The notes: a model not told the origin generated them from the letters alone. Positions 1-13,000 are shown, counted from the stretch's first letter. The stretch is DNA of 64,000 nucleotides from an uncultured Actinomycetota bacterium (GCA_963820065.1 CAWFYM010000012.1:117593-181592), one strand, 5' to 3'. Made by a program: numbers and translations.

Positions 1-44
1 GGCCGGCAACCCCTGCAACGCCAGCAGCACCGGCACGCCGGAGC

Positions 45-731
45 TCACGACGCCTCGGAGCCTGCGATGGGTGAGCCTGCGACGAGATCGATCGCCCCGT
101 CCTGCAACGCCTGGACGAGCGGCTGCACGTCTCCCGGTGGTACGGCGAGCACGACCCCCAGCGCGGATCCTGACGGACCCAGCCGACCCGCCTCCTGGAC
201 CAGGTCGGCGACCAGGGCGGCGGCCAGCACCGGGCGAGTCGGCCCGTCGTCCGGCGTCACGTAGACATCGACCCGTTGGCCCCGGGCGAGCCCGGCCGGA
301 GCGTGCAGCCGTTCGACGGCCACAGTGACCTGCCGCAGGGGCGCACCTTGCCCAGGCCGCGTCACAGCATCGACAGGGAGGAGCTCGCCTCGCGTCATGG
401 GTCGAGCCAGCACCCACCCGGTGGGTGCCCCGGTCTCGGCGCCGACGTAGGCACTGGCCGCTGACCCGAGCCGTACATCCACCGGCTGAAGGTCCGAAGG
501 CCCTAGGACACTCCCGGTGGACAGGTCGCGCGTCAGCGACCACACCGGCACGCTGTCGTCGGCCGCGGCGAGCACTCGGGCGCCGAGCACCACCGAGATC
601 AGGATGAGGAGGATCCCGCCGAGCAGTCGGGCGTCGCGCCAACGCGGACGCACGAGTCGGCGCGCCTGCGGGGAGGCTGGGTCGGGTCCAGGCAGGGCCG
701 GCCCCTGTCCGTCGGCGTTCGTGATCGACAC
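45..731 (-). CDS. SAF-domain (FlgA/CpaB-like) membrane-anchored protein
   Basis: RRLVRPRWRDARLLGGILL TM segment followed by VPVWSLTRDL..GSVL..DL..VDVRL and RGQRVDVYVT, typical of actinobacterial SAF proteins near secA; start uncertain (GTG 731 chosen within ORF 45..803). Confidence 0.7.
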   Translation of the reverse strand: MSITNADGQGPALPGPDPASPQARRLVRPRWRDARLLGGILLILISVVLGARVLAAADDSVPVWSLTRDLSTGSVLGPSDLQPVDVRLGSAASAYVGAETGAPTGWVLARPMTRGELLPVDAVTRPGQGAPLRQVTVAVERLHAPAGLARGQRVDVYVTPDDGPTRPVLAAALVADLVQEAGRLGPSGSALGVVLAVPPGDVQPLVQALQDGAIDLVAGSPIAGSEAS

Positions 732-871
732 CCCCCCACACGCGCTGGATGCTCGCGTCCATCGTGGCTCAGGTCGGCGCAACGGCGCGGAGAGTTTCCA
801 CACCCGTACGGGTGATCCACAGCCACGGTCCGGAGGTGCTCCGCAGCGCTGTGCTCTGCCATGATCGGCCC

Positions 872-1120
872 GTGGCCGAAGGGAACCGGTTCTTGACCCT
901 CGCCGACGTGGCTGAGGTGCTCAACATCTCCTCAGCCCAGACGTACGCGCTGGTGCGCGGCGGCGACCTCCCAGCGATCAAGATCGGCGGGCGCGGTCAG
1001 TGGCGGGTCGAACGGGCGCAGCTCGAGGCCTACATCGAGCGGATGTACACCCAGACCGCCCAGTTCGTGGCCGATCACCCGTTGAGCGGGGCCGACGCGA
1101 CTCAGGAGCCCCTCACCTGA
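872..1120 (+). CDS. Excisionase/MerR-like helix-turn-helix DNA-binding protein (HTH_17)
   Basis: RFLTLADVAEVLNIS..QTYALVRGGDLPAIKIGGRGQWRV; GTG 872 lies 6 nt after CATGAT (leaderless-type). Confidence 0.85.
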   Translation: MAEGNRFLTLADVAEVLNISSAQTYALVRGGDLPAIKIGGRGQWRVERAQLEAYIERMYTQTAQFVADHPLSGADATQEPLT

Positions 1121-1656
1121 AGCGAGGCCAGGCTGGCAAAGGCGACCAGCCGGGAGGTACGCCCCACCCGGGACTCCCCAGCTGGGTGCTCGGCGAGCTC
1201 GAGGTGATCAGCCCCGACCCGGTCGATCGTCCCGGTCAGCACCGCCCCGCCTTGGGTGTGCACCCGAACCTCGGCTCGATCCCGGGCGAGCGCTCGCAGG
1301 GGGTGCCCCAGACCCAGGCGGGCGCTGACCGCACCCTCGCTGCCCGGCTCGGCGGACTCCGGACCCAGGCCGACGACGTCGTCCACCGCGGACACGGAGA
1401 CCAGAGTCTCTCGCTCGCCATCGTCGACCAGTAGCCAGTCGCTGCCCACAGCCCGGACCTGGCCGCGGATCAAGCCGGAGCCGCGCACGCCGATCCCCAG
1501 CGTGCGCCCGACCGCTTGCGCACCACGGAACCGGTCGACCAGCCGCAACCGCGCTGCCTCGCGCCTGGCCCGGTCAGCGACCTCGGCGGCCAGCTCGGCC
1601 CGCTCCTCGGCCTCCGCCTGAGCCTCCAGGTCGGCGAACAACTCGTCCCAGCGCAC
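1102..1656 (-). CDS. Conserved actinobacterial hypothetical protein
   Basis: MRWDELFADLEAQ N-terminus and GTIDRVGADHLEL C-terminal motif, recurrent in this gene neighbourhood. Confidence 0.7.
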   Translation of the reverse strand: MRWDELFADLEAQAEAEERAELAAEVADRARREAARLRLVDRFRGAQAVGRTLGIGVRGSGLIRGQVRAVGSDWLLVDDGERETLVSVSAVDDVVGLGPESAEPGSEGAVSARLGLGHPLRALARDRAEVRVHTQGGAVLTGTIDRVGADHLELAEHPAGESRVGRTSRLVAFASLASLQVRGS

Positions 1657-1782
1657 GGGTCCAGAACCTAAGGCACCGCCGATTCTGCGGCGATCCGCAC
1701 GGGCGAAGCCGTCTCTTGACACTGGACCGAATGGACACTAGGCATAGCAAACACAGGTAAACAGAAGCTAATGGAGGCATTG

Positions 1783-2472
1783 ATGTGCGAACTTCGTGTC
1801 GCCCTCGCCTGGCTCAGCTGGCTCGTTGGCCTGGCCCTGGCCACCGTGGTCCTGGGCTCGTCGACGCCCGCCCTGCTCGCAGCGGTTCACTCCGCTGGGT
1901 CAGGGCCCGACGACGCCGTCGCGGCCGCGGCAGCCCTGACCGGCTGGGCGGTGCTGGGCTGGCTGGCCGCGGGGACGGCACTCACCGTGCTGGCCGTCCT
2001 GGCTCGTACGGCCGGCACGGCGGCGAGCCTGATTGCGCAGCCGCTCGACCGGCTGGCCACAGCCCTCACGCCGACCAGCTGGGGTGAGGCGGTCCGCACC
2101 AGCCTCCGGTGGGGCGTCGTCGCGAGCGCGACCGGAGGAGCCTTGCTCGGCGTGCCCGCGCACGCCCGCCCCGCCATGGAGCAACCCGTGCTGTCCATGC
2201 CTTCCATGCCTTCCATGGAACGCATGAGCGAACCCGCGTCAGACCTTCCCGACCTCGATCGACCCGAGACGCGAGCCACCTACCTGGTCAGGCCCGGGGA
2301 CTGCCTGTGGTCGATCGCCGAACGGGCCATCGGCCCGGAGGCCACCCATGCGGCTATCGCCCGGGCCTGGCCACGGTGGTGGCGAGCCAACCGATCCGTG
2401 ATCGGCCCGGATCCCGCGGTGATCCACCCCGGGCAGCGCCTGGTCGTGCCGGGAAAGGCGTTTCCCTCATGA
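1783..2472 (+). CDS. Membrane protein with C-terminal LysM peptidoglycan-binding domain
   Basis: N-terminal hydrophobic helices; YLVRPGDCLWSIA...NRSVIGPDPAVIHPGQRL LysM; GGAGG before ATG 1783. Confidence 0.85.
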   Translation: MCELRVALAWLSWLVGLALATVVLGSSTPALLAAVHSAGSGPDDAVAAAAALTGWAVLGWLAAGTALTVLAVLARTAGTAASLIAQPLDRLATALTPTSWGEAVRTSLRWGVVASATGGALLGVPAHARPAMEQPVLSMPSMPSMERMSEPASDLPDLDRPETRATYLVRPGDCLWSIAERAIGPEATHAAIARAWPRWWRANRSVIGPDPAVIHPGQRLVVPGKAFPS

Positions 2473-3050
2473 GCGTCGCACCCGATGACCTGCTTCCCGC
2501 CCTGCGGCTGGTACCCGCTCCCGACCCGGATCCTCCGTTCGCAGACCACCGACCCACCCTCCAGCTCGTCGCACAGCCGCAGGAGGAGCTGCCGCTGGAG
2601 TGGCTCCTGCCGACAGGCCTGCCTGCGGCTCCGCGCTCGCCCCAGCTCAGGCTCGTCCGCGGACGCCGCGGCGACGGCGACGACTTCGGCCCGGTGCCGA
2701 CGCCCCGAGGTGAGCTCCCCGAGCCGACTGCCTGGGCGACCCGACTCGTGCAGGGCATCGCGGAGATGCTGTCACTCGACCGACCGGTCAGCCAGCTGGT
2801 CCGGTGGTCGGACCCCGTGGTCTTCGACCAGGTACGACGCCGCGTCGAGGTCCGCCGCCGCAGTCGCGCCCCGCGCGACACCCACTCCGGTCACCGGCCG
2901 TTGGTTCGGTCCATCCACGTCGCGGAGCCCGCCGACGGGGTGGCCGAGGTGTGCGCCATGGTCGACGACGGTCGCCGACCCCGCGCCTATGCCCTGCGTC
3001 TGGAGGGACTCGACGGGCGGTGGAGGGCCACCGCCTTGGAACTCGTGTGA
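2469..3050 (+). CDS. Rv3235-family (DUF6459-like) protein
   Basis: RPVSQLVRW, HVAEPADGVAEV, RAYALRLEGLDGRWRATALEL; ATGA overlap with LysM gene; converges on secA. Confidence 0.8.
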   Translation: MSVAPDDLLPALRLVPAPDPDPPFADHRPTLQLVAQPQEELPLEWLLPTGLPAAPRSPQLRLVRGRRGDGDDFGPVPTPRGELPEPTAWATRLVQGIAEMLSLDRPVSQLVRWSDPVVFDQVRRRVEVRRRSRAPRDTHSGHRPLVRSIHVAEPADGVAEVCAMVDDGRRPRAYALRLEGLDGRWRATALELV

Positions 3051-3084
3051 ACCACCCAAGCACCGAGGCGCCCGGCGTGGTCGC

Positions 3085-5895
<2,811 letters not shown>

Positions 5896-6056
5896 GAGTT
5901 CTCCAGGTCGGGGCCGCAGGACACTGCGGCCGGTCAAGACATCGTAATCGGCTCGTGACCTGGCGTCCCACCACGCACGGCGCCTGTCGGCATCGCTCCG
6001 GAGTCAGGGCGAAAAGTCCCTCGCGCCAGGCCCGGTTCCGCGGGCAGGATCCAAGC

Positions 6057-6623
6057 ATGGAGCCCGTGACCTTGACCGATGGTGTGATCGTGCTGAGACC
6101 CCTCCGACCCGAGGACGTCGAGGCCATCACCGAGGCCTGCCAGGACCCCGAAACCCAACGCTGGACCACCGTGCCGGTGCCGTACACCCACGAACACTCC
6201 GTCGAGTTCGTCGCGGGAAACGGCCCCGAGTCCGAGGGCTGGGTGCAGGGTCGCAACCCCTTGTGGGTCGTGACCTCGGCCGACGACGACCGCTACGGCG
6301 GCGCCCTCGACCTCCGGCTGGACGGCGCGGGCAAGGCCGAGGTGGGCTATGCCCTCGCCCCGTGGCTTCGCGGCCGCGGCCACATGCGGCGGGCGCTACA
6401 GCTGGCCTGCCGGTGGGGCTTCGACGAGGCGGGGCTCGCCACGATCATCTGGTTTGCCCATGTGGGCAACACCGCCTCGCGCCGGACAGCCGAAGCCGTC
6501 GGTTTCCGCGTGCTCGAGGGGACGCTGCGCCAGCACTGCGTCTCGCGCGGAGTCCGCTACGACTCCTGGGTCGGGGACCTTCTTCCCGGCGACCTCGCCA
6601 CGGACGCCGCCCACACCGGATGA
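6057..6623 (+). CDS. GNAT N-acetyltransferase (RimJ/RimL type)
   Basis: LRPLRPED, AEVGYALAPWLRGRG, NTASRRTAEAVGF. Confidence 0.85.
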   Translation: MEPVTLTDGVIVLRPLRPEDVEAITEACQDPETQRWTTVPVPYTHEHSVEFVAGNGPESEGWVQGRNPLWVVTSADDDRYGGALDLRLDGAGKAEVGYALAPWLRGRGHMRRALQLACRWGFDEAGLATIIWFAHVGNTASRRTAEAVGFRVLEGTLRQHCVSRGVRYDSWVGDLLPGDLATDAAHTG

Positions 6624-7156
6624 CCGAACTGCGCCCTATCCCGGTCATCGACCTCGGCGACGTCCGGCTCGCCGCTCTGGTGGACGACGACGCCGCAGAG
6701 ATCTTCTCGCTGGCGCACGACGATGCGGCGATCAGACGCTTCAGCTCGCTGGCCGCGGCCACGAGTCTGGCCGAGACGCAGCGATGGGTGCGCTCCCGCG
6801 ACACGGCCGATCGGATGGAGTGGCTGGTGAGGACCAGTCAGTTGAGCGTGGCCGGCCGGGTGGCCCTGCACAAGATCGACCTGGACGAGGGCGTGGCCGA
6901 GATCGGGTACGGGCTGTTCGAGGCGCATCGCGGGCGAGGGCTCGCTCGCCGGATGGTCGAGGCCGTGACGGCGTACGGCTTCGAGACCCTTGGCCTGCGA
7001 CGCATCACCCTCGAGCACGCGATCGCCAACGACCGGTCGTGTGCGCTCGCCACCGCCTGCCGCTACCGGCTCGAAGGCACGATGCGGCAGGCGTTCGAGG
7101 ACCACGAGGGCGGCTACGACGACGCCCACCTGCACGCCAGGCTGCGCACGGACTGA
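6620..7156 (+). CDS. GNAT N-acetyltransferase (RimJ/RimL type)
   Basis: AEIGYGLFEAHRGRGLA, EHAIANDRSC, EGTMRQ; ATGA overlap with upstream GNAT. Confidence 0.85.
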   Translation: MTELRPIPVIDLGDVRLAALVDDDAAEIFSLAHDDAAIRRFSSLAAATSLAETQRWVRSRDTADRMEWLVRTSQLSVAGRVALHKIDLDEGVAEIGYGLFEAHRGRGLARRMVEAVTAYGFETLGLRRITLEHAIANDRSCALATACRYRLEGTMRQAFEDHEGGYDDAHLHARLRTD

Positions 7157-7278
7157 CCGCCGTCCCCGAGGGGCCATCTGCGCATGATCACGAGGGAGTG
7201 GTGGGGGGCGGGGATGAGATCGGGGACGTCCGGCGTTGACGCAGGCGACTCGGGGGCCGCGCAGATGGGAGCAGCGTC

Positions 7279-7929
7279 ATGAGGATCGCCGTACTGGGAA
7301 CGGGCACCGTGGGCACGACGGTGGCCACGGGTCTGCTGGCGCTCGGCCACGAGGTTCGGCTCGGCTCCCGCACCGCCGACAACGAGAAGGCGCTGGGCTG
7401 GCTCGCGACCGTCGATGACGGTGGCGGCGTGGGCACGTTCGCCGATGTCGCCGCGTGGGGCGAGGTCATCGTCAACGCCACGAGCGGTGAGGCCTCCGTC
7501 GCGGTGGTCACCGGCGTGGCCGAGCAGGCAGCCGGCAAGGTGCTCATCGACATCTCCAACCCGCTGGACTTCTCCCACGGCTTCCCGCCCACCCTGTCGG
7601 TCGTCAACGACGACAGCCTCGCCGAGCAGCTGCAGCGGGCTGTCCCTGCGGCTCGCGTCGTCAAGGCGCTCAACACCCTGACCGCCGACCTGATGCTCAA
7701 CCCGGCGGCGCTGCCCGAGCCCACGGACCTGTTCCTGGCCGGCGACGACCAGACGGCCAAGGACGTCGTCCGCGGCTTGCTCACCCAGGCTGGCTGGGAG
7801 TCGGCGCACATTCACGATCTCGGAGGTATCGAGGCGGCCCGCGGGCCAGAGATGTGGCTACCCCTGTGGCTGCGGATCATGGGTGCTGTCGGCAACCCGA
7901 CCTTCAACGTGCGGATCGTTCGAGGCTGA
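7279..7929 (+). CDS. NADPH-dependent F420 reductase-like / NADP oxidoreductase
   Basis: MRIAVLGTGTVG Rossmann motif, LIDISNPLD, VVKALNT, DLGGIEAAR. Confidence 0.85.
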   Translation: MRIAVLGTGTVGTTVATGLLALGHEVRLGSRTADNEKALGWLATVDDGGGVGTFADVAAWGEVIVNATSGEASVAVVTGVAEQAAGKVLIDISNPLDFSHGFPPTLSVVNDDSLAEQLQRAVPAARVVKALNTLTADLMLNPAALPEPTDLFLAGDDQTAKDVVRGLLTQAGWESAHIHDLGGIEAARGPEMWLPLWLRIMGAVGNPTFNVRIVRG

Positions 7930-7946
7930 CGCCCGCCCACGGCCGC

Positions 7947-8573
7947 TCAGTCGGCCGGAGGGCTCCACGGGTTCGCCTGCCGATGCGCAGCGAGTGCGGC
8001 GCGGTCAGTCTTGACCGGATCGATCACGACCAGGCCGGCCATGAGGTCATACAGCGACCGACGGCCACCGAGCAGGCACGGAACCCATCCGGCAAGCACC
8101 AGCACGAGCGCGAGCGTCACGCCGATCTGAAGGTCGAGAACCCTGAACAGCGCAAGAGGCACCAGCCAACGCACGGCCAACCGCCAGCGGGCCGCCGCTC
8201 CGGCGACCCCTGGCCGGACGGCTTCGAGCTCGGCGAACCGCAGGCCGATGCTGGTGCGGGACCGCCACAAGGCACCGGAAAGCACCACGGCGCCGAGGCC
8301 GACGATGCCTGCCGTCACCCAGTCGACCCAGGCAGGCATCTGCTCTGCCACGCGAGCCACGACTGAGGTCCGCACTTCCGAAGGGGTCTCCACCACCCCC
8401 GTCGCCATGGCGACGACGGTGATCGACGCAGACACCAGGAAGGTGAGGATGCCCAGGGCGAACAGGTCGACGGCCAAGGCGAACGTGCGAGACCCCGGAC
8501 GCGCAAGCACCGGGGCGACGGTCTGCGACCCCGCTGCTGACGCGGCGTCACCCTCAGTCACCGGCGAACTCAT
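7947..8573 (-). CDS. RDD-family membrane protein
   Basis: RTFALAVDLF and RRSLYDLMAGLVVI motifs with TM helices. Confidence 0.7.
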   Translation of the reverse strand: MSSPVTEGDAASAAGSQTVAPVLARPGSRTFALAVDLFALGILTFLVSASITVVAMATGVVETPSEVRTSVVARVAEQMPAWVDWVTAGIVGLGAVVLSGALWRSRTSIGLRFAELEAVRPGVAGAAARWRLAVRWLVPLALFRVLDLQIGVTLALVLVLAGWVPCLLGGRRSLYDLMAGLVVIDPVKTDRAALAAHRQANPWSPPAD

Positions 8574-8635
8574 GGGCGCCTCACCTCGCCCCACAGTCTG
8601 CCAGGTCGGCCATCGGTGACCACGCGTTTTGCGGA

Positions 8636-9571
8636 TCAGCCCTCCACTGTGGCGGCCGGCACGGAGATGCTGCCGCTCGCGACGTGCACGGCCGTGCCCT
8701 CGATCCAGGTGGCGACCGGCTCACCGTCAGACACCGTCACACCGGCGGTGATGACCGATCGCCGGCCCATCTCGACCCCCTGGACGACGCGGTAGGTCGT
8801 CGCCCCCTCGGGGACCAGCCCGCTCGCGGCCAGCCACACCGAGGTCGATCCGACCGCTGAGCCGGTCGCCGGATCCTCGGGGATGCCGAGGTCTCCGGCG
8901 AACATCCGGGATCGGACCTCGCACGCCTGCGGGTCCCACGACACGACGTAGACCCCGGTCGACACCGAGGCTGGGTGGGCGAAGGCCGTCCGGAGGATGC
9001 CCACATCGGGTTGGCAGCGCGCCAAGGCGTCGGCCCGTACCGGCAGCACCAGATAGCCGATACCGACGGTGGCCCAGCGCGGTGGCGCTACCGGGTCGAG
9101 GTCTGCTGCGGTCAGCCCGACCGCGGCCAGCGCATCCGTGGGGTCGGCGGCCTCGCCCCACTGCGGCCTCCCGCCAGTCAGCCGCACCGGTCCCCCACCC
9201 GGAGCGAGCTCGAGCGGCAGCAACCCCTCGCCGCAGGACTGCACGACCGCGCCGTCGCCGATGATGCCCTTCTCCCGCAGCAGCCAGGCGGTGCCGACCG
9301 ACGGGTGCCCGGCGTAGGGCAGCTCGACGAGCGGGGTGAAGATGCGCAGCGCGTACGTCGCTCCCGCCGCCGCGTCGGCGTCCGACGGCTGCATGGGGAA
9401 GGCCGTCTCGGACAGGTTGAACTCGCGCGCCAGCGCCTGCAGCTGGTCAGTGTGGAGATCGTCGGCGCCGTGGACCACGGCGAGCGGGTTGCCCGCGAAG
9501 GCCCGGTCGGTGAACACATCGACGATGTCGTACGTCAGCCGGCGGGGGTCGCCATCAGCACGTGATGTCAC
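8636..9571 (-). CDS. PhzF/DAP-epimerase-like family protein
   Basis: VDVFTDRAFAGNPLAVV, FNLSETAF, ELPYAGHP, EDPATGSA, QGVEMGRRS. Confidence 0.92.
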   Translation of the reverse strand: MTSRADGDPRRLTYDIVDVFTDRAFAGNPLAVVHGADDLHTDQLQALAREFNLSETAFPMQPSDADAAAGATYALRIFTPLVELPYAGHPSVGTAWLLREKGIIGDGAVVQSCGEGLLPLELAPGGGPVRLTGGRPQWGEAADPTDALAAVGLTAADLDPVAPPRWATVGIGYLVLPVRADALARCQPDVGILRTAFAHPASVSTGVYVVSWDPQACEVRSRMFAGDLGIPEDPATGSAVGSTSVWLAASGLVPEGATTYRVVQGVEMGRRSVITAGVTVSDGEPVATWIEGTAVHVASGSISVPAATVEG

Positions 9572-9660
9572 CGAGGGAGGCTAGCAACGCGCCTGGACTA
9601 GTGATCCGACGCCCGGCGCGCTCCCCGCGTCCGTCCCGGTTGCGCCAGTAGCCTGAACAG

Positions 9661-10935
9661 GTGAGCGGCGCGACGGTGTTCATCGCCCGCCTGGCCGGTG
9701 TGTCCGTGTTCGATCCGAACGGCGACCAGGTCGGGCGGATCCGTGACGTCGTCGTCGGCCTTGGCATCGGAAGCCAGGCGCCACGGGTCAACGGTCTGGT
9801 CGTCGAGGTCCCCATGCGCCGGCGGATCTTCCTCCCGATGACGAGGATCACCGCCGTGGACCCCGGCCAGGTGGTCACGACCGGCCTGGTGAACATGCGC
9901 CGCTTCGAGCAGCGCCCCTCGGAGACCCTCGTCGTCGGGGAGCTCTTCGACCGGCAGGTCACCGTGGTGGAGACCGGCGAGACCGTCACCGTCCTCGACG
10001 TCGCGATGGCTCAGACCCGCACCCGTGACTGGCAGATCAGCCAGGTCCACGTCCGCAAGAGCGCACCCGGAGGCTTCCGCCGCAGGGGGGCGACGATGAC
10101 CGTGGAGTGGCTCGACGTCACCGGGTTCACCCTGACCGAGGACAACCAGGGGGCCGCGAACCTGTTGGCCACGTTCGACAAGCTGCGCCCCGCCGACCTG
10201 GCCCTCGTGCTGCACGAGCTGTCGCCCAAGCGCCGCGCGGAGGTGGCGGCCGCGCTCGATGACGAGAAGCTGGCCGACATCCTCGAGGAGCTGCCGGAGG
10301 ACGACCAGGTGGAGATCCTGGGGGTGCTCGACAGGGAGCGCGCGGCCGACGTGCTCGAGGCCATGGCCCCGGACGACGCCGCGGACCTGCTGGGCGAGCT
10401 CCCGCCGGAGCAGGCTCAACAGCTGCTCGGCCTCATGGAGCCCGACGAGGCCGAGGACGTCCGGCGGCTGCTGTCCTACGACGAATACACCGCGGGCGGC
10501 ATGATGACGACCGAGCCGGTGGTGCTGCCTCCCGATGCGACCGTCGCCGAGGCTCTGGCGCGGGTGCGCAACGAGGACCTCTCGCCGGCGCTCGCCTCAC
10601 AGGTGTACGTCTGCCGCCCCCCGCTCGAGACGCCGACCGGACGCTTCATCGGCATCTGCCACTTCCAGCGGCTGCTGCGCGAAGCGCCGTCCGCCCTGGT
10701 CTCGGGGGTCTGCGACACCGGCCTCGAGGCCGTCACCGCCGACGCGGAGCTGCCCGAGGTTGCGGCCTACCTGGCGACCTACAACATGGTCGCGGCCCCC
10801 GTCGTCGACGGCGACGATCACCTGCTCGGCGCCGTGACCATCGACGACGTCCTCGACCACATGCTCCCGGACGACTGGCGCGAGCGCGACGACGAGCCTG
10901 AGCTCGCGCCGGAAGAGGTGTCCCGTGGCGCGTGA
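9661..10935 (+). CDS. PRC-barrel / MgtE N-terminal / CBS domain protein
   Basis: N-terminal PRC-like VFDPNGDQVGRIRDVV, acidic MgtE_N helices, TAGGMMT and VTIDDVLD CBS pair; no TM domain. Confidence 0.9.
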   Translation: MSGATVFIARLAGVSVFDPNGDQVGRIRDVVVGLGIGSQAPRVNGLVVEVPMRRRIFLPMTRITAVDPGQVVTTGLVNMRRFEQRPSETLVVGELFDRQVTVVETGETVTVLDVAMAQTRTRDWQISQVHVRKSAPGGFRRRGATMTVEWLDVTGFTLTEDNQGAANLLATFDKLRPADLALVLHELSPKRRAEVAAALDDEKLADILEELPEDDQVEILGVLDRERAADVLEAMAPDDAADLLGELPPEQAQQLLGLMEPDEAEDVRRLLSYDEYTAGGMMTTEPVVLPPDATVAEALARVRNEDLSPALASQVYVCRPPLETPTGRFIGICHFQRLLREAPSALVSGVCDTGLEAVTADAELPEVAAYLATYNMVAAPVVDGDDHLLGAVTIDDVLDHMLPDDWRERDDEPELAPEEVSRGA

Positions 10936-11452
10936 GCCGCGCGTGGTGCGCCTCGACCAGCCCCTCGACCCGAGTCGACGCCTGCCGCGTCCCACCTATG
11001 ACCCCGACTCCTTCGGCCGCTTGTCGGAACGGGTAGCCCGGTTCATCGGCACGGGGCGGTTCTTGGTCTACATGACCGCTGTGGTGATCAGCTGGATCAC
11101 CTGGAACGTGTTCGCGCCGGACTCCTTGGAGTTCGACCCCTACCCGTTCATCCTGCTGACCCTCGCCCTGTCGCTGCAGGCGTCCTACGCGGCTCCGTTG
11201 ATCCTGCTGGCACAGAACCGGCAGGTCGACCGAGACCGAGTCACCTACGACCAGGACCGCGCCCAGAACGACCGTTCGATCGCCGACACCGAATACCTGA
11301 CGCGGGAGGTCGCCGACGTACGGATGGCCCTCGGCGAGGTCGCCACCCGCGACTTCCTGCGCTCGGAGCTGCGCGACCTGCTCGAGGAGCTGCTCGAGGA
11401 GCTGAAGGACGACCGGGACGACCCTGCGGATCGGCGGGGCAACGGCTCCTAG
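10925..11452 (+). CDS. DUF1003 membrane protein
   Basis: FDPYPFILLTLALSLQASYAAPLILLAQNRQ. Confidence 0.92.
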   Translation: MAREPRVVRLDQPLDPSRRLPRPTYDPDSFGRLSERVARFIGTGRFLVYMTAVVISWITWNVFAPDSLEFDPYPFILLTLALSLQASYAAPLILLAQNRQVDRDRVTYDQDRAQNDRSIADTEYLTREVADVRMALGEVATRDFLRSELRDLLEELLEELKDDRDDPADRRGNGS

Positions 11453-11475
11453 CGGGCCGAACGTAGGCTGGGGTC

Positions 11476-12612
11476 ATGCCCGTGCCCACTGTTCCTGAGA
11501 TCTCCGCTGCGCTGGCCACGGTCGACGACCCGGAGATCCACCGCCCCATCACCGAGCTCGGGATGGTCGACGACGTCGCGGTCGACGCGACCGGCGGCGT
11601 CGACGTACGCATCCTGCTCACGGTCGCCGGCTGCCCGATGCGCACCGAGATCACCGAACGCGTCACCCGCGCCGTCGAGACGGTCGCGGGGGTCGCCGCT
11701 GTGCGCGTCGAGCTCGCGGTCATGTCCGAGGAGCAACGCAAGGCGATGACCAGCATGCTGCGGGGCGGACGCGCCGAGCCGGAAGTGCCGTTCGCCAAAC
11801 CCGAGTCACTCACCAGGGTCTATGCGATCGCTTCCGGCAAGGGTGGCGTCGGCAAGTCTTCGGTGACGGTCAACCTGGCCGTGGCGCTGGCGGCTCAGGG
11901 GCTCGCGGTGGGGGTCGTGGACGCGGACATCTACGGGCACTCGGTGCCACGGATGCTCGGCGTCGACCAGCGGCCAACGCCGGTCGAGAACATGATCATG
12001 CCCCCGTCGGCCCACGGGGTGAAGGTCATCTCGATCGGCATGTTCACCTCGGGCAACACCCCCGTGGTGTGGCGGGGACCGATGCTCCATCGCGCGCTTC
12101 AACAGTTCCTGGCCGACGTGTGGTGGGGCGACCTCGACGTGCTGCTGCTCGACCTGCCTCCCGGCACGGGCGACGTCGCCATCTCGGTGGCCCAGCTGGT
12201 GCCCAATGCCGAGATCCTCGTGGTGACCACGCCGCAGGTCGCCGCGGCCGAGGTCGCCGAGCGAGCCGGCTCGATCGCCCTGCAGACCCACCAGCGCATC
12301 GCGGGAGTCATCGAGAACATGGCCTGGCTCGAGCTGCCCGACGGTCAGCGCCTCGACCTGTTCGGCACGGGGGGCGGTCAGGTCGTCGCCGATGCCCTGA
12401 CCCGGGTCATGGGCGTCGAGGTGCCCCTGCTCGGCCAGGTGCCGATCGACGTCCGGTTGCGCGAGGGCGGGGACGCTGGAGCACCGGTCGTCCTCACCGA
12501 CCCGTCGAGCGCGGCCGCGGCCGTCCTGCTCGAGATCGCCGGAGGTCTGGCGCGACGCGCCCGGGGCCTCGCCGGCCGGTCGCTCGGCCTGACGCCAGCC
12601 GGCCGCGCCTGA
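11476..12612 (+). CDS. mrp: Mrp/NBP35 (ApbC) Fe-S carrier ATPase
   Basis: DUF59-like N-terminus (VDDPEI, GCPM), SGKGGVGKS, WRGPML, DLPPGTGD. Confidence 0.95.
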   Translation: MPVPTVPEISAALATVDDPEIHRPITELGMVDDVAVDATGGVDVRILLTVAGCPMRTEITERVTRAVETVAGVAAVRVELAVMSEEQRKAMTSMLRGGRAEPEVPFAKPESLTRVYAIASGKGGVGKSSVTVNLAVALAAQGLAVGVVDADIYGHSVPRMLGVDQRPTPVENMIMPPSAHGVKVISIGMFTSGNTPVVWRGPMLHRALQQFLADVWWGDLDVLLLDLPPGTGDVAISVAQLVPNAEILVVTTPQVAAAEVAERAGSIALQTHQRIAGVIENMAWLELPDGQRLDLFGTGGGQVVADALTRVMGVEVPLLGQVPIDVRLREGGDAGAPVVLTDPSSAAAAVLLEIAGGLARRARGLAGRSLGLTPAGRA

Positions 12613-12619
12613 CCGACGC

Positions 12620-13000
12620 CTAGGTGGCGTCGCCGTCGTAGCTGATCGCTGGGGGCGTCGCCTCCCCCGCCGTGGGCGCCCTGCCGTTGCTCTTCCCCTT
12701 CACCGACGGGCTGTCGGCTGTGGGGTCTGCGTCGTCGGAGAACAGCCGCTCGAGATCGTCGCCCTCCTCCAGCAGCTGCCGCTTGACGAACGAGCGCGGG
12801 TCGAGATCGCTGAGGTTCAGATCGTTGAACTCCGGGCCCAGGGCACCGGTGACCTCGTCCTTGGCGCCTTGCGCCATCGCCCGCAGCTGCCGGAGCATGC
12901 GTCCAGCGTCGGCCGCGAACTTGGGGAGCTTGTCGGGGCCGAACACGAACAGCGCGATGGCTGCCAGCGCGACCAGCTCGAAGAACCCGACGTCGAACAC
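12620..13000 (-). CDS. tatB: Twin-arginine translocase subunit TatB
   Basis: MFDVGFFELVALAAIALFVFGPDKLP; downstream of htrA-like gene. Confidence 0.9.
   Translation of the reverse strand: MFDVGFFELVALAAIALFVFGPDKLPKFAADAGRMLRQLRAMAQGAKDEVTGALGPEFNDLNLSDLDPRSFVKRQLLEEGDDLERLFSDDADPTADSPSVKGKSNGRAPTAGEATPPAISYDGDAT

Noticed and set aside
872-1120. Excisionase-like gene as a prophage or ICE marker
   Set aside because: No integrase or phage genes nearby; it sits in a chromosomal module commonly found beside secA.
2194-2218. TCCATGCCT x3 microrepeat in the LysM gene
   Set aside because: In-frame SMP linker repeat; unit is a multiple of three so no phase variation expected.
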